Shown: in pieces, positions 18,356-28,077 of the stretch
Position numbering within the stretch: the first letter of the stretch is position 1
Layout of the letters: each line of letters starts with the position of its first letter
DNA from: an uncultured Candidatus Saccharibacteria bacterium
GTDB taxonomy: Bacteria > Patescibacteriota > Doudnabacteria > UBA920 > VMFF01
Direction: 5' to 3'
NCBI GenBank assembly: GCA_964364285.1
Contig: CAYIKZ010000004.1
Span: 1 to 56,763 of the forward strand
DNA length: 56,763 bases
Translations under genes and position numbers: made by a program
The notes under the pieces: generated by a model
Databases searched by the model: none
The model's input: the letters and a program-made list of their open reading frames with translations, nothing else
What the model was told of the DNA's origin: nothing

Positions 18356-20532
18356 TATCTTCCTTCTAATACTAATCCTAAGAATGTGTCCTCTGAAAGA
18401 CTTGAGTTGTAATTAATCTTTCCTAGGGAGTTTTTCAAATTACCAGTGTACCACAAAACCTTAGCATTGGTTTTAAGGGAATAATCAATCTTTAAAGGAT
18501 TTGCTCCTGGCTGTTTTTGAAGCAAAAGACTATATTTTCTTGAATCATCAAGATTAAAAGGTAATCTGTATTTTAAGGTCACAACAGCTTCTTCTCCTGG
18601 TAAAACCTCAATCCAATTTGCAAAATATGTTTTCCCTGCTTCAATCCCCTCTATTGTTCCTGATGTTTGATCTACTACCTTAGAAACTGAGTCATATTTT
18701 AACAAATCAGAATCTTTCTTAAACTGATTCTTCAAAGCATCAATTAAGTTTGTAGTGTATCCACTGCCATCTGATTTGTAATATGGTTTTTTAACAAAAC
18801 CTTGTGCAGAAACAAATTTGCTCCCTTTTGGAACCAAGAACCTGACATAATCAATGTTCTTTGCTTGCTCATACAGGTTTAACTGATGTTTCCTTGTATA
18901 CGTTATGGTATTAACAACACCACCATCTTCTTGCACTTCAGAATTTAAAACCGCGCTTTGTTGAATACTTAAATCGGTTTTCCTTCCACCTAGATTAGTG
19001 TTGTAAATTGCTAAATAGTCTCTGTCTGTATCTAAAATTCTTCCAGCCCAGGAATAACTCTCAAAAATCTCCTGAACATTTTTGTTGCGGTCATAGAACA
19101 TCAGATTTTTCTTTGACAAAGAATTAAACAAAACACCAAGCAATTCTGATTTTTGCTCTGGTGTTGCTAAAGATATTTTCTGTAGAAGTAATGGTGCAAA
19201 ATCAGAAAGCATTTGTTTTGGCTTGTTTTCCTTCTTGTCATAACCAATTGAGGTATTTAACTGAACCTGCTCTCTAAAATTATTCGCATTTAAACTAACA
19301 TTGTACTTAGGAAGATCAATTGGTCCTAACACAGAAAGCAAATCAACAAACATATCTGGTGTCATCGCAACAACAGCGTCCGGAGTTTGTTTGCTTGCCT
19401 TTTCATAGAAAGAAATTGCTTTTTGTGCTGACTCCTTAAAATCAACAAACCAATTTGAATCTCTCAAACCCCAACTATCAGTTAAATCATGGAAAGGTCC
19501 TGGTGGTGCAATCTTTTCTGAAATCTGACCATCAAGATCATATACGCTGGATACTTTCTGTTCTTGTATCTTTCCATTGTTTAACTTGAAGAAACCATAA
19601 GTACCAATGAACCCACCAGTTGCTCTTAATTCATTGTTGTTTTCAAACAAAACCAGCAAGGTCTTAGAACCAGGACCCAAAAACTGTTGAAAGAGATTAA
19701 GGATTGATGAAATCTGACTTAAAGCAACACTTCCCTGCTCTAAGTTACCTTTGTAATTAACAAACTGATCTCTTAAATCCTCAGGCAAATACTTTGGATC
19801 AACCTTGTTTAAGTTTTCTGTTGCTTTCTTAATACCATCTTCTGCTGAATTCAAATATTTCTTAGCAGCATTAAGTGTTTGATACAAGCCATCAGGACTG
19901 CTAAATCCATTCTCAGAAACCTGGATCTGAGATGTCATTGCATAAAAGTTGTTCAAAGCAATACCGCTTGCTGAAAGTTCTGCTCCTGCTTCAAGCAGAT
20001 TCTGAGCTGCTTGTCCTTCAGGCAAAATCTTAATTGCGCTTGAAACCAAACCTCCCAAACTATTAATATCTTTTCTTGCTTGCTCAAAATTGTTCTGTGC
20101 AAACTCAAGTTGTTTTTGTACTCCAACAAAATCTTTTTCAGAAGCTAACACCTGCGCTTCTTTTAACTGACTAAGAGCTTGTTTGGCTGTACCAATAACT
20201 TGGGAACGGGTTTGAATACCTGACGCAACTATTGAAGCACCCTTTAAAGAAACGAAACAAAGCAACGCAAGAACACCAAAAACAAGCGTTTCTTTCTGAA
20301 CAACAGAAAGCTTAGGATATTTTGCAACAACTTGCTTGTTTAACAAATTAATATCAGCTGGAAATATTTCAGACTCTAACAAATCCTCTTTGCTTGGAAG
20401 TAATATCTTAGGACCTGAAACAATATTTTTGGTTGCGACAAAAGACTCTCTCTGAACAACAGGTTCAACAGCCTTCTTTTTCAGAAACTCATCATACCTA
20501 TTCTTTTTTGTTGGTCTTTTAATTTCTTGCAT
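18355..20532 (-). CDS. DUF4012-like membrane-anchored extracytoplasmic protein
   Basis: N-terminal TM segment and the central NNNELRATGGFIGTYG motif that I associate with DUF4012. Confidence 0.6.
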   Translation of the reverse strand: MQEIKRPTKKNRYDEFLKKKAVEPVVQRESFVATKNIVSGPKILLPSKEDLLESEIFPADINLLNKQVVAKYPKLSVVQKETLVFGVLALLCFVSLKGASIVASGIQTRSQVIGTAKQALSQLKEAQVLASEKDFVGVQKQLEFAQNNFEQARKDINSLGGLVSSAIKILPEGQAAQNLLEAGAELSASGIALNNFYAMTSQIQVSENGFSSPDGLYQTLNAAKKYLNSAEDGIKKATENLNKVDPKYLPEDLRDQFVNYKGNLEQGSVALSQISSILNLFQQFLGPGSKTLLVLFENNNELRATGGFIGTYGFFKLNNGKIQEQKVSSVYDLDGQISEKIAPPGPFHDLTDSWGLRDSNWFVDFKESAQKAISFYEKASKQTPDAVVAMTPDMFVDLLSVLGPIDLPKYNVSLNANNFREQVQLNTSIGYDKKENKPKQMLSDFAPLLLQKISLATPEQKSELLGVLFNSLSKKNLMFYDRNKNVQEIFESYSWAGRILDTDRDYLAIYNTNLGGRKTDLSIQQSAVLNSEVQEDGGVVNTITYTRKHQLNLYEQAKNIDYVRFLVPKGSKFVSAQGFVKKPYYKSDGSGYTTNLIDALKNQFKKDSDLLKYDSVSKVVDQTSGTIEGIEAGKTYFANWIEVLPGEEAVVTLKYRLPFNLDDSRKYSLLLQKQPGANPLKIDYSLKTNAKVLWYTGNLKNSLGKINYNSSLSEDTFLGLVLEGR

Positions 20533-21652
20533 AACTTAAACTCGAATGTTTGGAAATATTTAACAAAATACCAACCGCAGAAAGTAAAACAACCAAAGCA
20601 GAAGATCCAAATGAAACAAAAGGAAGTGGAATACCCGTTAAAGGCAAAACTCCAATAATAGCCCCGATATTAATCAAAGCTTGAAAAGAAATCCAAGAAA
20701 TAATACCGACAGCAAGCATTTTGCCAAATGTATCAGGAGCGTGATTTGCTATTCTTAACCCCCGGAAAGCAAGGACCAAGAATAACCCTATAATCAAACC
20801 AGAACGAAGAAAACCAAGCTCTTCCACTGTTACAGCAAAGATTGAATCCCCCATAACCTCAGGCAAATAGTTATACTTTTGCCTTGATTCTGTATATCCT
20901 CTACCAAAAAATCCTCCTGACCCAATTGCAACCATTGCTTGGTTAATCTGATACCCAGTCCCTTGTGGATCTATTCCTGGATTTAAAAACGTGGTTAAAC
21001 GTTGTAAACGATATGGCTCTAATTTAATCAAAATACCCAAAGCAACAAGACCAATAACAAAAATCCAAAGCAAATGTTTAATCTTTGAGCCTCCAACAAA
21101 AAGCATTACAAACGCAGTTACTGTTACAACTAACATTGTTCCGAGATCTGGTTGTAAGATAATTAAACCTGCTACCGCGCCAGTGATTACAAGAGTTGGA
21201 ATGATGCCGTAATAGAAGTCATTAATTTCGTCCCTCCTTTTATCAATCCAAGAAGCAATATAGAAAATGAGGGCGAGCTTCGCTATCTCAGCTGGTTGAA
21301 AAAACAATGGACCAATATCTAACCAACGTCTCGCATTACCAACTTTAAAACCAATTCCAGGAACTAAAACCAAAGCTAACAAAACAATGCTTAAGAATAC
21401 TAAAAGAGGTGCTAACTTCTGCCATCTGTGATAGTTAATCTTACTGCAAACATACATACAGAGTAACCCAAGCAAAACTCCTTGAGTTAGTTGATTGAAG
21501 AAATAATGGGTGTTATTACCAAACTTTGAAAAAGAAAGAACAGTTGATGCAGAATACAAAATAACTAAACCAACCCCAAGCAATATTAAAACAACTGCTG
21601 TTAGCTTGTAATCAACTGTTGCTTGTTTGGTTCTGTTCCTAACTATTGCCAT
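20519..21652 (-). CDS. ftsW: SEDS peptidoglycan glycosyltransferase FtsW
   Basis: SEDS topology and motifs, with dcw-cluster context. Start moved to the ATG at 21652 (MAIVRNR..), giving a 14-nt overlap with murD. Confidence 0.85.
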   Translation of the reverse strand: MAIVRNRTKQATVDYKLTAVVLILLGVGLVILYSASTVLSFSKFGNNTHYFFNQLTQGVLLGLLCMYVCSKINYHRWQKLAPLLVFLSIVLLALVLVPGIGFKVGNARRWLDIGPLFFQPAEIAKLALIFYIASWIDKRRDEINDFYYGIIPTLVITGAVAGLIILQPDLGTMLVVTVTAFVMLFVGGSKIKHLLWIFVIGLVALGILIKLEPYRLQRLTTFLNPGIDPQGTGYQINQAMVAIGSGGFFGRGYTESRQKYNYLPEVMGDSIFAVTVEELGFLRSGLIIGLFLVLAFRGLRIANHAPDTFGKMLAVGIISWISFQALINIGAIIGVLPLTGIPLPFVSFGSSALVVLLSAVGILLNISKHSSLSYARN

Positions 21653-23048
21653 ATTTTCTTGCAGCTTCCTTAAATTGATTCCCTCGATCCTTGTAATCTT
21701 TAAACATTCCAAAACTTGAAGTTGCAGGTGCAAGTAAAACAATATCCCCCTCTAAAGCAATTTCTTTAACCTGCTCAAAAACTTCAGGCATATTCTTTGC
21801 ACCAGTGTATATTTTTCCAATGAAAGTGTTTTTCAAAAGCGCTTGTTCAAGTATTCCAGATATCTGCCCTATTAAAACAACCCCCTTTATCTGTTTTAAC
21901 TTAGTTACCTCATATGCAAAAGACTCATAATCAGCACCCTTGTTAACACCTCCCATTATGACTATTTCCGGCTTACTAAACGCCTTTATAGCTGCAAGTG
22001 CGCTTTCAGGAGTTGTTCCAAATGAATCATCAAAAAACTGAACTCCATTAAACGTTCCAACCTCTTCTAACCTGTGTTCTAAACCTTTGTACTCCCTTAT
22101 GGTTTGCAATATTACCTGATCAGTAATACCAGGCTCTTCTTTTGAAACAATCTTTGAAACCATAATTGCAGCACAAACATTCTGAAGATTATGAAAACCA
22201 GGCAAAGAAAACTCTTTTGCATCAGCATAGAACTGAGTTTCTGAATCATTAACAAGATATACATGCTTTTCTAACTCTTCAGCAAATATTCCATCTTTGA
22301 TCTTTAAAAACTCTTCGGCTTTGTAAATCTTGAAAGGATCTGCTTTACCAACACTTTCTTCCTGCAATGTCTGAACAAAATATTTTTTTGCACTTCCTAA
22401 TTTTCCGATGATCATTGACTGCTCATAGTCACTGTTAATAATCGCGAAATCATTTTTGGTTTGAAATTTAGTAATTGGACTCTTTGCGTCATAGTATTCT
22501 GAAATATCTTTGTGATAGTCAAGGTGTTCTGGAACAACCATTAAAACAACCGCAATGTGGGGACTAACATCAACATCAGCTAGTTGAAAGCTTGAAAGCT
22601 CTAGAACAATGTATGCATCGTCTTCAGAAAGCAAACTTAAAACCTCTGAACCAAAGTTACCACCCAAAAAAACTTTTAACCCAGAGTTCTTAAGTATTTC
22701 ATAAACCAACTTTGCAGTAGTGCCTTTTCCTTTTGAACCAGTAATACCAATAATCTTTGCTTTAGTGTTTTGTAAGAAAAACTTCAATTGTGATGTTAAA
22801 ACAATCCCCTTTTCTTGCGCTTGAAAAAGACTTGGTTCTGAAAGCTTAATTCCTGGTGATCTAAAAAGAATTTCCCGATCAAATATCTCTGAGAAATCTT
22901 TGGCGTTTGTTTTTAATCTAACCTCTGGATTCTGATCATACACTTCAAAAGACAGAGCGTATTTAGTTAAAAAAGCAGCAACTGCTTGCCCTTCTATACC
23001 AAAACCCAAGATACCAATCTTTTTTCCTTGTAAGTCTGTAATATTCAT
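21639..23048 (-). CDS. murD: UDP-N-acetylmuramoylalanine--D-glutamate ligase
   Basis: N-terminal Rossmann sequence GKKIGILGFGIEG and the Mur ligase P-loop GITGSKGKGTT. Confidence 0.88.
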   Translation of the reverse strand: MNITDLQGKKIGILGFGIEGQAVAAFLTKYALSFEVYDQNPEVRLKTNAKDFSEIFDREILFRSPGIKLSEPSLFQAQEKGIVLTSQLKFFLQNTKAKIIGITGSKGKGTTAKLVYEILKNSGLKVFLGGNFGSEVLSLLSEDDAYIVLELSSFQLADVDVSPHIAVVLMVVPEHLDYHKDISEYYDAKSPITKFQTKNDFAIINSDYEQSMIIGKLGSAKKYFVQTLQEESVGKADPFKIYKAEEFLKIKDGIFAEELEKHVYLVNDSETQFYADAKEFSLPGFHNLQNVCAAIMVSKIVSKEEPGITDQVILQTIREYKGLEHRLEEVGTFNGVQFFDDSFGTTPESALAAIKAFSKPEIVIMGGVNKGADYESFAYEVTKLKQIKGVVLIGQISGILEQALLKNTFIGKIYTGAKNMPEVFEQVKEIALEGDIVLLAPATSSFGMFKDYKDRGNQFKEAARKYGNS

Positions 23049-24613
23049 TAGCTATGTTTTCTTAAAACTCTACCATTTAATTTTTGAGTTAATTCTCCAT
23101 TAACAAGTGCTTTTCTGCCATTTACTAAAACCAGATCAATCCCTGTTGGTTGCTGGAAAGGATTTGAAAAACTTGCCTTAGAATTAATAGACTCATCAAA
23201 AACAACAATGTCCGCATAGTTATCAACTGCCAACACTCCCCTGTGCTTTAACCCAATCTTACTTGCTGGAATTGAAGTCATCTTTTGAATTGCCTGTTCA
23301 ATACTACAAAGCTTTTCTTTCAAGACAAGACATAAAAACTTTGGCATTGAACCAAAACATCTTGGATGAACCAAAGATTCTCTTCCTTTAATCGGAAAAC
23401 CAGCACCGTCTGTTGCAATCATCCCCAAAGCATGGGAAAGCAACTCATTAACCTGTTTTTGTTCCAAGTTTCTTTCAAAGACTAAAATCTCGCTACCACC
23501 GCGCTCAACAATATTTAACAATGCTTCTTCAACACCAACTCCTTGTCTTTCCGCAATCTCTGACAAGGTTTTTCCATTAACATTCAAAGACATTGTTGTG
23601 CTTGCAATGAAGATTGCAGCATAATCAATATTTTTTCCTTGTAAATATGCTTTAACCTTGTTTCTTTGAATTGGATCCTTAAGATGACGCATCATTGCTT
23701 CTCTTCCGCCTTCATAACTCCACTTTGGCAAATATGTATACAGAACCTGCCAAACAAAATCATATGGATACACATCAAAATGAACATTGCTACCTTTTTG
23801 ATACGCGGTTTCAATGCTGTGCAAAGCATCATCAAACAAATGCCAATTTTCTTTGTTCCTAACTTTCAAATGCGATATCTTTAAATTAACACCAGTCTTT
23901 GAAGCTAAATCTAATGCTTCATTAATACTTTCTAAAAGCTCAGCGCCCTCAGAACGCAAATGCACTGCAAGCATTGCATGATGTTTTTTCAATGTCTCGG
24001 AAAGAGTTAAAAGCTCATCTGATGCAATTGTAGCTTCGTGAGCATACGAAAGACCAGAAGACAAACCAAAAGCCCCTGCTTTCAAACTGTGTTCTAAAGC
24101 TTTAATTAAAATGACCATTTCTTCTGGTTGAAGAGGACGAATCTCATCTTTAACCAATCCTCGACGAAGCGTTGAATATCCAACAAGACTTCCAATGTTT
24201 ACACCAAAGTTTCTTTTACTTAACTCATTTAAATATTCATCAAAAGTTAACCAATTAAAATTAACTCCTTCTAAATTGTGCCATTTCTGAATTGAAAGAA
24301 GAGCGTCTCTTGAAAGCAGAGGCGCTAAAGATGCCCCGCAATTACCAATGATTGCTGTTGTAATTCCTTGAGCAACCAAACTATCTAAGCTTGGACTGTC
24401 AAAAATAGTCCAGTAGACATCAGAGTGGTTTTGAATATCAATGAACCCTGGGGAAATGTATTTTCCAGTTGCATCATATATTTCCTCTGCATTTGCTTTT
24501 TGTAAATTACCTATCTGAACAATCCTGTCTTGTTCAATTGCAATATCAGCCTTAAACACAGGCTTTCCTGTTCCATCTATGATTGTTCCGTTTTTTATGA
24601 TCTTTGAATACAT
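23048..24613 (-). CDS. amidohydrolase family protein (N-acyl-D-amino-acid deacylase / D-aminoacylase-like)
   Basis: IKNGTIIDGTG..PGFIDIQNHSD metal-binding N-terminus. Start set at 24613 (MYSKII..), preceded by GAGGGAAAAA. Confidence 0.7.
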   Translation of the reverse strand: MYSKIIKNGTIIDGTGKPVFKADIAIEQDRIVQIGNLQKANAEEIYDATGKYISPGFIDIQNHSDVYWTIFDSPSLDSLVAQGITTAIIGNCGASLAPLLSRDALLSIQKWHNLEGVNFNWLTFDEYLNELSKRNFGVNIGSLVGYSTLRRGLVKDEIRPLQPEEMVILIKALEHSLKAGAFGLSSGLSYAHEATIASDELLTLSETLKKHHAMLAVHLRSEGAELLESINEALDLASKTGVNLKISHLKVRNKENWHLFDDALHSIETAYQKGSNVHFDVYPYDFVWQVLYTYLPKWSYEGGREAMMRHLKDPIQRNKVKAYLQGKNIDYAAIFIASTTMSLNVNGKTLSEIAERQGVGVEEALLNIVERGGSEILVFERNLEQKQVNELLSHALGMIATDGAGFPIKGRESLVHPRCFGSMPKFLCLVLKEKLCSIEQAIQKMTSIPASKIGLKHRGVLAVDNYADIVVFDESINSKASFSNPFQQPTGIDLVLVNGRKALVNGELTQKLNGRVLRKHS

Positions 24614-24635
24614 TTTGTTTTTCCCTCTTTTTTGT

Positions 24636-25682
24636 TTAAGACTTTGTACCAACGAAATGAATAATTACACCGAGCATTGCAAAAACCATTGAAATGATCC
24701 AAAGCCGCATAGTTACTTTTGCTTCAGGCCAACCAGAGGCTTCTAGATGATGATGAAGTGGTGATGAAAGTAATAATTTTCTGTTAAAAACCTTACGCCA
24801 AAATATCTGACCAAACAAAGAAAGAGCTTCGATCACAAAAACAATTCCAATAATCGGTAGGATAAGTTCACCGTGCAGAAGGAAGGCAATTACAGCAAGA
24901 ACAGTTCCAAGACCCATTGAACCCGTGTCTCCCATGAAAAACATTGCAGGAAAAATATTAAACCAAAGAAAAGCAAGCAATGCACCGGAGATAACTCCAA
25001 TGAAAGAAGCTAACTCATAACGTCCTTCAAGATATGCGATTAATCCGTATGCTAAAAAGGACGTTAACAATGTTCCGCCTGCTAAACCATCTAAACCATC
25101 AGTCTGATTTACAGAAAAACTAGTACCAACAGCAGCAAGAATGAAGAATGGAATGTATAGCCAACCAATATATAGGTTTCCAAAAAAAGGAACAGAGAGA
25201 TAATCAAAGCCGAGTTTGAAATAGAACCAGTAGGCACCAACTGCTGCAACAAGAGCATAGAAAATTAACTTGTATCTAAAACGAATTCCCCTATTCTTGT
25301 AACCTCTTCCTCTCCAATCTAAATAGTCATCAAACAAACCAATTAAAGAAGCACCAAACAAAGCTCCAACAGGAAGTAATGTTTCTTTACGTGTTAAAAA
25401 GTTTAATATATGAAAATATTCGATATGCAAAACTCTATCTAAAAACCAAAACAAAGAGATTAAAAAACAGGTTGTTCCCCAAACAAGGATTCCTGCCATA
25501 GTTGGTGTTCCCTGCTTCCCAGCATGCATATGACTATACACAGGAGTTGATCCATCATTACGGATATTTTTCCCAACTTTGAACTTTAAAAGAAGGCTAG
25601 TTAGCAAAGGAGTAGCTGCTAGAGCAACGCAAAAAGAAATCCCTGCCAAAATCAAAACTTTTAGGAGATGATAACTGATCAT
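24636..25682 (-). CDS. mraY: phospho-N-acetylmuramoyl-pentapeptide transferase
   Basis: Polytopic protein with the NQTDGLDGLA and HHHLE motifs. Confidence 0.95.
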   Translation of the reverse strand: MISYHLLKVLILAGISFCVALAATPLLTSLLLKFKVGKNIRNDGSTPVYSHMHAGKQGTPTMAGILVWGTTCFLISLFWFLDRVLHIEYFHILNFLTRKETLLPVGALFGASLIGLFDDYLDWRGRGYKNRGIRFRYKLIFYALVAAVGAYWFYFKLGFDYLSVPFFGNLYIGWLYIPFFILAAVGTSFSVNQTDGLDGLAGGTLLTSFLAYGLIAYLEGRYELASFIGVISGALLAFLWFNIFPAMFFMGDTGSMGLGTVLAVIAFLLHGELILPIIGIVFVIEALSLFGQIFWRKVFNRKLLLSSPLHHHLEASGWPEAKVTMRLWIISMVFAMLGVIIHFVGTKS

Positions 25683-25742
25683 AATATGTTTTTACGCTTT
25701 TTATTATACCACAAAACGAGCAATATCCTAAATCAAAAGCGC

Positions 25743-25771
25743 TTGCTACCCAAATCCATTTTCTGTAGAAT
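25743..25771 (+). promoter_or_regulatory. near-consensus promoter of the 84-aa G+C-rich ORF
   Basis: TTGCTA (25743-25748), a 17-nt spacer, then TAGAAT (25766-25771). A GGAGG Shine-Dalgarno lies at 25789-25793. Confidence 0.6.
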
Positions 25772-25797
25772 ACAGGCACACCTGAAACGGAGGAACA

Positions 25798-26052
25798 ATG
25801 GCTGGAGTAAGCATATCAGTGGAAACCGTTGAAAAGAAGCCAGCGCATATCGAAACCGTGATCGGCGTCGTCGCGCTCGTGATTGCAGCGCTCGTTGCAG
25901 CTTCGATCCTCGCGATCAACATCAATGCTGCTCACGCAATCAAGGAAGTCGGCTTCTGGACCGGGATGGCCTACCGGGTCATCACCTTCGCTTCGTGGCT
26001 TCTGGCTGCGGCCCTTGCCGGGATCGGCGCGCAGCTCGTTCGGGACAACTAG
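25798..26052 (+). CDS. 84-aa two-TM Ala/Val-rich membrane protein of foreign (58% G+C) composition
   Basis: I counted 149 G+C in 255 nt. It has a strong promoter, a GGAGG Shine-Dalgarno and an ATG. The two hydrophobic segments are VIGVVALVIAALVAASILAI and ITFASWLLAAALAGIGA. Confidence 0.6.
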   Translation: MAGVSISVETVEKKPAHIETVIGVVALVIAALVAASILAININAAHAIKEVGFWTGMAYRVITFASWLLAAALAGIGAQLVRDN

Positions 26053-26082
26053 AACCAAACCGCAACAACCCTCCGCAACAAA

Positions 26083-26116
26083 GCAAAACCCCGATGACAA
26101 AAATGATCATCGGGGT
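26083..26116 (-). terminator. intrinsic terminator after the DD-carboxypeptidase gene (hairpin shared with the 84-aa ORF)
   Basis: CCCCGATGA/TCATCGGGG 9-bp stem. The minus strand continues TTTTGCTTTG. Confidence 0.65.
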
Positions 26117-26143
26117 AAGTGGCAATCAACTGGTTGTCGCTTT

Positions 26144-27157
26144 TTAGTTCCAACTAAAATTATCAAACACGTATTTAATTACTTCTAGTGTGCTGTCGTT
26201 TCTGTCTGGTGTTCCTAAAACAATTGCAATAACTTTGTTACCATTATCATTTACTGCTTCTACAATCATGTTGCCCTGAGCTTTCGCTGTATACCCTGTT
26301 TTTATGGATTTAATATTTTTGTATTCAAAAACTAAATCATTGCTGTTTTTAATCTTGTATGTTTTTCCTAATAATGATTCGAAGGAATAACTTGCTTGCT
26401 GACTCCAAATCTGATCATACGGTAATATATCAATCCCATAGTTTACTAACTTCCTTAAATCTTTTGCTGTTGAATAGTTTGCTTCTGAATCAAAACCAAC
26501 TGGATTACTAAAGTGAGTATTTTCCATTCCAAGTTCTTTTGCTTTTGCATTCATCTTTAAAACAAAATCTATTTTGTTTGGAAAATGATTTGCAAGAGTT
26601 AAAGCAGCATCATTTGCAGAACCAAGAAGCATTGCTTTAAGTAAGTCTTCAGGATTAACTTTGTCTCCAGGAACTAAACCAAGATACGGACTAACTTTCA
26701 AAACATCTTCTTGAGTTATAGTTATTGATTCTTTAAAGCTTGGATCTTCAGAAGCAACAATTGCTGTCATGAATTTTGTTAAAGAAGCGATTGCAACCTG
26801 ATCATCAATGTTTTTCTGATACAAGATTGTCTGAACAACAGGATCATAGACTAAAAAAGCTTTTGCCTTAACATCAGGTACTACAGAATAGTTAGTTTGT
26901 TTAACAGCCTTCTCATCATTAACATCGCCTCCTCTTGGTGGAGTAGCAATTGGTCCTTGAAGTGGGGTAGAAAAATTAAAATCCTGACTTGTATCAGGAG
27001 ATGTTACGGTTGTTGTAGCACCCAAAACCTTTCCAGTCTTTGCTTGTGGTATTTGCCAATTGAAAGCAAACAACAGCAATGCAACTGCAGGGATCAGGAT
27101 TGATAGATTTTGCGCTATTTTCCTTGGCACTTTTGTTTTTGTTTTAAATCCTTGCAA
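26144..27157 (-). CDS. D-alanyl-D-alanine carboxypeptidase (peptidase S11, PBP5/6-like)
   Basis: SxxK (ASLTK), SxN (SAN) and KTG (KTGYT) motifs plus an N-terminal anchor. Confidence 0.85.
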   Translation of the reverse strand: MQGFKTKTKVPRKIAQNLSILIPAVALLLFAFNWQIPQAKTGKVLGATTTVTSPDTSQDFNFSTPLQGPIATPPRGGDVNDEKAVKQTNYSVVPDVKAKAFLVYDPVVQTILYQKNIDDQVAIASLTKFMTAIVASEDPSFKESITITQEDVLKVSPYLGLVPGDKVNPEDLLKAMLLGSANDAALTLANHFPNKIDFVLKMNAKAKELGMENTHFSNPVGFDSEANYSTAKDLRKLVNYGIDILPYDQIWSQQASYSFESLLGKTYKIKNSNDLVFEYKNIKSIKTGYTAKAQGNMIVEAVNDNGNKVIAIVLGTPDRNDSTLEVIKYVFDNFSWN

Positions 27158-27207
27158 GGATTAATTTATTTTTCTTTGTACTTTCAATATATAGTAGGTT
27201 GGGGGCT

Positions 27208-27236
27208 TTGACAACACCATTTGTTGTGGATAAAAT
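27208..27236 (+). promoter_or_regulatory. trxA promoter
   Basis: TTGACA, a 17-nt spacer, then TAAAAT. It lies downstream of the track ORF start at 27199, which argues for the 27268 start. Confidence 0.6.
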
Positions 27237-27267
27237 GAAAAGGTCATTAAAATATTTAGGAAATACA

Positions 27268-27579
27268 ATGGACCTGACAAAAGACAATTTTGACAAAGAA
27301 GTGTTACAGACGGAAATGCCTGTAATCGTTGATTTTTGGGCAGCTTGGTGCGGACCATGTCGCGCAATTAGCCCAATAGTAGAGGAAATTGGCACAGAAT
27401 ACAGCGGCAAAGCAAAAGTCGTTAAAGTAAACGTTGATGAAGAGGGTGAACTTGCGATGCGCTATGGGGTTATGAGCTTGCCAACCTTAAAATATTTCAA
27501 AAATGGACAACAGGTCGGAGAAATAGTTGGAGCTGCTCCTAAAGCAAGCATTACAGCTGAATTAGACAAACATCTTTAA
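27268..27579 (+). CDS. trxA: thioredoxin
   Basis: WCGPC active site. 103 aa from the ATG at 27268, preceded by AGGAAA. Confidence 0.93.
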   Translation: MDLTKDNFDKEVLQTEMPVIVDFWAAWCGPCRAISPIVEEIGTEYSGKAKVVKVNVDEEGELAMRYGVMSLPTLKYFKNGQQVGEIVGAAPKASITAELDKHL

Positions 27580-27603
27580 TCAACAAAAGGGAAACAAAAA
27601 CAA

Positions 27604-28044
27604 ATGAATGATATTAAAAGCCTAAGAAGATCAAAAGAACATCGTATTGTTGCCGGAGTTTGCGGTGGAATCGCTGAATATTTTGAGACTGATCCAGTAC
27701 TGGTTCGTTTAATCTTTCTTGCAATCTCTTTAATGGCTGGTTCTGGTATTGTCCTCTATCTCCTACTCATTGTCGTTATTCCTGAAAAAGGAGATAGAAC
27801 AAGTCTTGCTGAAAAAGAACTTGGTAAATTAAAAGAAGATTTTAACCGAGAAGAAATGCCAAAGTACAAACACGATCAGCACTACAGTCACACACGAGGA
27901 GTCTTTGGTTTCTTTATGATCATTATCGGTTTGATGGTTTTGCTGGATAACATGTTCCCGGAATTACGCGTTGCTTCTTTCTGGCCAATGATCTTAATCT
28001 TCCTTGGTCTTGCAATCATGATGGGAAAACATAGACACCACTAA
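27604..28044 (+). CDS. PspC domain-containing membrane protein
   Basis: LRRSKEHRIVAGVCGGIAEYF..DPVLVRLIF PspC motif. Confidence 0.8.
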   Translation: MNDIKSLRRSKEHRIVAGVCGGIAEYFETDPVLVRLIFLAISLMAGSGIVLYLLLIVVIPEKGDRTSLAEKELGKLKEDFNREEMPKYKHDQHYSHTRGVFGFFMIIIGLMVLLDNMFPELRVASFWPMILIFLGLAIMMGKHRHH

Positions 28045-28052
28045 AAGAAAAA

Positions 28053-28077
28053 AGCCCCGCGCTCGGGGCTTTTTTTA
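28053..28077. terminator. bidirectional intrinsic terminator (pspC-like / ybaB-like convergent pair)
   Basis: AGCCCCG-cgct-CGGGGCT, with T7 on the plus strand and a T-rich tract on the minus strand. Confidence 0.85.

Noticed and set aside
25816-26188. Antisense and overlapping ORFs (25816-26100 minus, 25883-26188 plus) in the G+C-rich patch
   Set aside because: They lack SD and promoter signals and have Arg/Pro/Ser-rich products. The 25798-26052 frame has a consensus promoter, a GGAGG SD and a coherent two-TM product.
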